From positions 4,544,001 through 4,608,000 of the forward strand of contig OY762897.2 in the NCBI GenBank assembly GCA_963666515.2: a DNA stretch of 64,000 nt, in the 5' to 3' direction. The notes below the pieces were generated by a model. The model saw only the letters and a program-made list of their open reading frames with translations, did not search any database and had not been told where the DNA came from. This document shows positions 60,157-64,000 of the stretch, piece by piece (the stretch's first letter is position 1; the number at the start of each line of letters is the position of its first letter). The stretch comes from Candidatus Binatia bacterium. Lineage in GTDB: Bacteria; Desulfobacterota; Binatia; UBA9968; JAJDTQ01. The translations under genes were made by a program, and so were the position numbers.

Positions 60157-61049
60157 AAACGCCATCGTCACTCATCACTCTGGGCACGTCGGGCGGGCCG
60201 TCGCTCACGCCGCATCGAGCACAGACGTCCCATCTGCTCACGGTCAACGGCACCTACTACGTGGTGGACGCAGGCGACGGCGTGGCCCGGCGCATGGCCC
60301 GTGCCGGGGCCGACGTGCGCAGGGTGGGGATCATCTTCCTCACCCACCATCACGACGACCATACCGCGGGCCTCGCCACCCTCATGGCCCTGGCCTGGGA
60401 CGGCCAGCGCACCGAGCCCATCAACGTCTACGGCCCGCCTCGGACGCAGGAACTGGTGGACGCCACGGTGAAGTACTGCAGCATCAGCGCCGACATCCGC
60501 ATCGCCGACGGCGGCCGCAGCGTCCCGCTCGACAAGGTGTTCTTCGGCCACGACGTGGGCATCGGCGAGGTTTACCAGGACGGCAACGTGCGCGTGAGCG
60601 CGGTGGAGAACACCCACTTCAGCTTCCACCGCGGCGTCGCCGAAGGCCGCTACAAGTCCTACTCCTACCGCTTCGAGACCCCCGACCGGGTCATCGTGTT
60701 CACCGGCGATACCGGCGCCAGCGCCGCGGTCACCGCGCTGGCCAGGGACGCGGACGTGCTGGTTACCGAGACCTCCTCCTGCGACGAGCGCAAGAACGCC
60801 ATGATCAAGGACGGCCGCTGGGAGGCCATGAGCACGGCCGAGCAGGAAGGCATCATGCGCCAAGCCACCCAGGGGCACATGGGCCTGGAGAACATCGCCA
60901 CGCTGGCGACGCAGGCCGGCGTCAAAAAGGTGGTGCTGTCCCACCTCACCCGCCGCGTGGACTCCACGGACTACGAGCCCTTCGCCGAAGAGGTGCGCAA
61001 GGGCTACGCCGGCGAGGTGGTCATCGCAGAGGACTGTATGGAGTTCTAG
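60153..61049 (+). CDS. MBL-fold metallohydrolase (RNase Z/arylsulfatase-like)
   Basis: Motifs 'TLGTSGGP', 'VDAG.G', 'THHHDDH', 'FTGDT', 'DVLV.E', 'VLSH'. Confidence 0.88.
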   Translation: MKTPSSLITLGTSGGPSLTPHRAQTSHLLTVNGTYYVVDAGDGVARRMARAGADVRRVGIIFLTHHHDDHTAGLATLMALAWDGQRTEPINVYGPPRTQELVDATVKYCSISADIRIADGGRSVPLDKVFFGHDVGIGEVYQDGNVRVSAVENTHFSFHRGVAEGRYKSYSYRFETPDRVIVFTGDTGASAAVTALARDADVLVTETSSCDERKNAMIKDGRWEAMSTAEQEGIMRQATQGHMGLENIATLATQAGVKKVVLSHLTRRVDSTDYEPFAEEVRKGYAGEVVIAEDCMEF

Positions 61050-61074
61050 GACCCGTCCGAGTAGTCGAATTTCA

Positions 61075-61148
61075 GGGGGCGACCGCGGGTCGCCCCTACA
61101 AATGCCCTAGCGATGAACCCCATGTAGGGGCGACCGGCCGGTCGCCCT
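61075..61148. repeat. Inverted pair of GTAG-type REP elements
   Basis: GGGGCGACCGCGGGTCGCCCCTACA and TGTAGGGGCGACCGGCCGGTCGCCCT. Confidence 0.75.
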
Positions 61149-61175
61149 CTGGACAACGAGTTTCACAAAGCAGCC

Positions 61176-63383
61176 ATGAACATCATCGGCACCGCTGCCG
61201 CCCGCGTGGACGGCGTGGCCAAGGTCACCGGCCAGGCCGAATACGCTTCGGACATCACCGTGCCGGGCATGCTGTGCGGCAAGATACTTCGCAGCCCCCA
61301 CGCCCACGCACGCATTCTTTCCATCGACGCGAGCGCGGCGGAGCGGATTCCCGGGGTTCGCGCCGTCCTCACCCGGAAAGACTTCCGCGACCGGAACCCC
61401 TGGTTCAGCGGCAGGATTCAGGACCATCCCATCGTGGCGCTCGACCGTGCGCTCTTCGCCGGCCAGCCGGTGGCCGCGGTGGCGGCGGACGACGAGGCGG
61501 TGGCAGAGGATGCGCTCCGGGCGCTGGCGGTGGAGTACGAGCCCCTGCCCGCGGTGGTGGGCATCGAGGAGGCCATCGCCGGCGGCGCGCCGCAAGTCCA
61601 CGAGTCCGCGCCCGGCAACATCTGCTTCAGCGACCGCCTGGAGAAGGGCGACGTGGCGGCCGGGTTCGCCGAGGCCGACACCGTGGTCGAGGACACCTTC
61701 ACCTTTCCCATGGTGTACCACTACGCCATGGAGCCCCACGTGGCCATCGCCAAGGTGGACGCCGACGGCGTCACTGTGTGGAGTTCCTGCGCCCATCCCT
61801 TCGGCGTGCAGCTAGAACTGGCGCACATCTTCGACCTGCCGCTGTCCGCGGTGCGCGTGATCATCCCCTACGTGGGCGGCGCCTACGGCAGCAAGTCCGG
61901 CGCCAAGATCGAGCCCCTGACGGTGGCGCTGGCGCAGAAGTGCGGGCGGCCGGTGCGGATCGCGCAGAACGTCTCCGAGGCCATGATGACCGTGAGGCGC
62001 CACTCGGCGCTGTGCCGCGTGCGCACCGGCGCCAGACGCGACGGCACGCTGGTGGCGAAGCAGGCCGAGGTCTTCCTCAACACCGGCGCCTTCGCCGAGC
62101 TGGGCCCGGTGGTGACCAGCCGTACGCTCACCCGCATCCTCGGGCCGTACCGCATTCCGCACATCCGGGTCGAGTCCCACTGCGTCTACACCAACACGGT
62201 ATCCGCGGCGTCGTTCCGCTCCATCGGCGGCCCGCAGACCGCCTGGGCCAACGAGTCCCAGATGGACATGCTCGCCGACCGCCTCGGCATGGACCCGCTG
62301 GAGTTCCGCCTGAAGAACCTGCTGCACCGGGGCGAGGAGCTGAAGCCCGGCGGCAAGCCCCTGGACGCCGACCTCCGGGAAGGCCTTGGGCACGTCACCC
62401 GGCGCATCGGCTGGGACGGACCCGTGTCCCGCTCCGGCGCCGGCCGGGGACTGGCCTTCGGCGTCACCGACCCGGGGGCGCCGCTGGCCTCCACCTCCAC
62501 CGTGCACGCCCTTTCCGACGGCAGCGTCGTGCTGCTCATCGGCACCTCGGAGATCGGCCAAGGCTCCCGTACGGTCATGAGCCAGATCGTGGCCGAGGAG
62601 CTGCGCGTGCCCCTGGACAAGGTGCGGGTGCGCCCGCCGGACACCGCCTACACCCCCTACGACCGCTCCACCGGGTCGAGCCGCTCCACCACGGTGATGG
62701 GCAAGGCCACCCAGTTGGCCGCGGCCGACGCCCGCGAGCAGATCCTGGAGCTGGCCATGGAGCACTTCGAGGCCCCGCGCGAGGCCGTGGAGCTGGCCGA
62801 CGGCGAGGCCCGTGCGGGCGGCCAGGGCGTCCCCTACGGCGAGTTGATCCGCCGCCACTTCGCCATGCAGGGAGGCGAGATCGTGGGCCGCGGCTACGCC
62901 CACAGCGGCATGGCCGCGACCCCTTCCAACCCGCTCTTCTGGGAAATCGGCATCGGCGCGGTGGAGTTGGACGTGGACCGGGACACGGGCGAGGTGCGGC
63001 TCCAGCGCTACATCATGGCCGCCGACGTGGGCAAGGCCCTGAACCCGCTCCAGTGCGAAGGCCAGGACGAGGGCGCCGCCATGATGGGCATCGGCCACGC
63101 ATTGATGGAGTCCATCGAATACGGCGACGGCCAGATCCTCAACCCGAACCTCGTGGACTACCGCGTGCCCGGCTTCGAGAACCTGCCCGCCACCTTCGAA
63201 TCGATCCTGGTGGAAAACGGCGACGGCCCCGGCCCCTACGGCGCCAAGGGCATGGGAGAGGGCGGCATCATCCCGGTGGCGCCTGCCGTGGCCAACGCGG
63301 TGTTCCGCTGCACCGGCGCCCGCGTCAAGGACCTGCCGCTGACCCCCGAGAAGGTCTGGCGGGCCATGCGCCGGTCGGGGTGA
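61176..63383 (+). CDS. Xanthine dehydrogenase family molybdopterin-binding subunit
   Basis: Motifs 'RVDG.AKVTG.A.Y', 'RSPHAHA', 'MEPH', 'GGAYGSK', 'FRS.G.PQ', 'EIGQG', 'GAKGMGE'. Confidence 0.93.
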   Translation: MNIIGTAAARVDGVAKVTGQAEYASDITVPGMLCGKILRSPHAHARILSIDASAAERIPGVRAVLTRKDFRDRNPWFSGRIQDHPIVALDRALFAGQPVAAVAADDEAVAEDALRALAVEYEPLPAVVGIEEAIAGGAPQVHESAPGNICFSDRLEKGDVAAGFAEADTVVEDTFTFPMVYHYAMEPHVAIAKVDADGVTVWSSCAHPFGVQLELAHIFDLPLSAVRVIIPYVGGAYGSKSGAKIEPLTVALAQKCGRPVRIAQNVSEAMMTVRRHSALCRVRTGARRDGTLVAKQAEVFLNTGAFAELGPVVTSRTLTRILGPYRIPHIRVESHCVYTNTVSAASFRSIGGPQTAWANESQMDMLADRLGMDPLEFRLKNLLHRGEELKPGGKPLDADLREGLGHVTRRIGWDGPVSRSGAGRGLAFGVTDPGAPLASTSTVHALSDGSVVLLIGTSEIGQGSRTVMSQIVAEELRVPLDKVRVRPPDTAYTPYDRSTGSSRSTTVMGKATQLAAADAREQILELAMEHFEAPREAVELADGEARAGGQGVPYGELIRRHFAMQGGEIVGRGYAHSGMAATPSNPLFWEIGIGAVELDVDRDTGEVRLQRYIMAADVGKALNPLQCEGQDEGAAMMGIGHALMESIEYGDGQILNPNLVDYRVPGFENLPATFESILVENGDGPGPYGAKGMGEGGIIPVAPAVANAVFRCTGARVKDLPLTPEKVWRAMRRSG

Positions 63384-63393
63384 GCCAAAAACA

Positions 63394-63419
63394 AAGGGCA
63401 GGTCCGGAGACCCGCCCTT
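63394..63419. terminator. Hairpin between convergent genes
   Basis: AAGGGCAGGTC-CGGA-GACCCGCCCTT, preceded by an A-rich tract that would be a U-tract on the minus strand. Confidence 0.5.
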
Positions 63420-63447
63420 GCTCATTCAAGCGACGTAACCCCGGCCC

Positions 63448-64000
63448 CTACAACCCGTAAAACACCCGCGAATTGGTATTCAGGATCTTCTCGGCCTGCT
63501 CGGTGTCGATCCGCCCCTGGTCCACCCAGTTGTGCACCTCGTTGAGTCCGCTCAGGTTGGCGGAGATGTCGGTGTGACTGTAGTCCGTGCCGATGATCAG
63601 GTTGTCCTCGGTGTGGAACTTCAGGAGCGCCTCCACGTCGTCGATGGGGTCGATGGTGATGTAGGTGCGGTTCTTGCGGAAGATCTCGGGGTCGAGGTCG
63701 CACAGTTGCGGCAGGGTGGTTCCCGTGCCGCGGAGCGCCGCGCGCTTGGTCGCGCCCAGTTGCGACAACACGTAGGGTATCCACGACGCCCCCGACTCGA
63801 TGAACCCGAACCGCAGGTTGGGGAACATCTCCGGCACCTTGGAGGTCACCAGTTCGGCGAAGGCGTACATGATGGGGAAGCCACGGTCCCACTCGCGCGA
63901 CGGCAGCGGATGGCCCGTGTGGAAGCACAGCGGCATGTCCAGCCGGTTGGCCTCCTCGTACACCGGAAAGAAATGCGGGTCGGTGACCTTGCGGCCGATG
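63448..64000 (-). CDS. Amidohydrolase_2 family protein; 5' end beyond the window
   Basis: Motifs 'P.CFH.G', 'FPNLRFGFIESGASW.P', 'GTDYSH.D', 'KIL..N...Y.L'. Confidence 0.85.
   Translation of the reverse strand, partial: IGRKVTDPHFFPVYEEANRLDMPLCFHTGHPLPSREWDRGFPIMYAFAELVTSKVPEMFPNLRFGFIESGASWIPYVLSQLGATKRAALRGTGTTLPQLCDLDPEIFRKNRTYITIDPIDDVEALLKFHTEDNLIIGTDYSHTDISANLSGLNEVHNWVDQGRIDTEQAEKILNTNSRVFYGL

Overview
A high-GC bacterial chromosome segment, with gene content like Deltaproteobacteria or Candidatus Binatota (taxonomy is an inference). A conserved housekeeping run (tilS-ftsH-folP-glmM-pdxJ-nnr-tsaE-lysC-cimA-cysE-mnmA-mtaB-rnc-purM-purN) and assorted metabolic genes are interleaved with three lower-GC defence blocks. 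Block 1 (1-8.7 kb) holds a short prokaryotic Argonaute with its truncated APAZ partner (SPARSA-like), facing a type I RM operon that ends in a HipA-like kinase and DUF3037. Block 2 (27.7-34.5 kb) holds VapBC and a tightly coupled five-gene operon: Dam-like methylase, HARE-HTH-NUDIX-kinase fusion, TehB-like methyltransferase, SIR2, and a degenerate HAM1/ITPase. This operon is the best candidate for an undescribed system. It has the SIR2+HAM1 effector-sensor pair of Kongming-type modified-nucleotide signalling, but methyltransferases, a kinase and a NUDIX take the place of the adenosine deaminase, which suggests a methylated-nucleotide immune signal (hypothesis). Block 3 (42.7-55.2 kb) is a type I RM operon split by a vsr-RHH-GHKL/nuclease-dcm module, which is flanked by duplicated Rpn C-terminal mini-genes. 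The window also contains tRNA-Asn(GTT), several REP-like palindromes and some pseudogenes. All calls come from motif recognition by eye; no searches were run.
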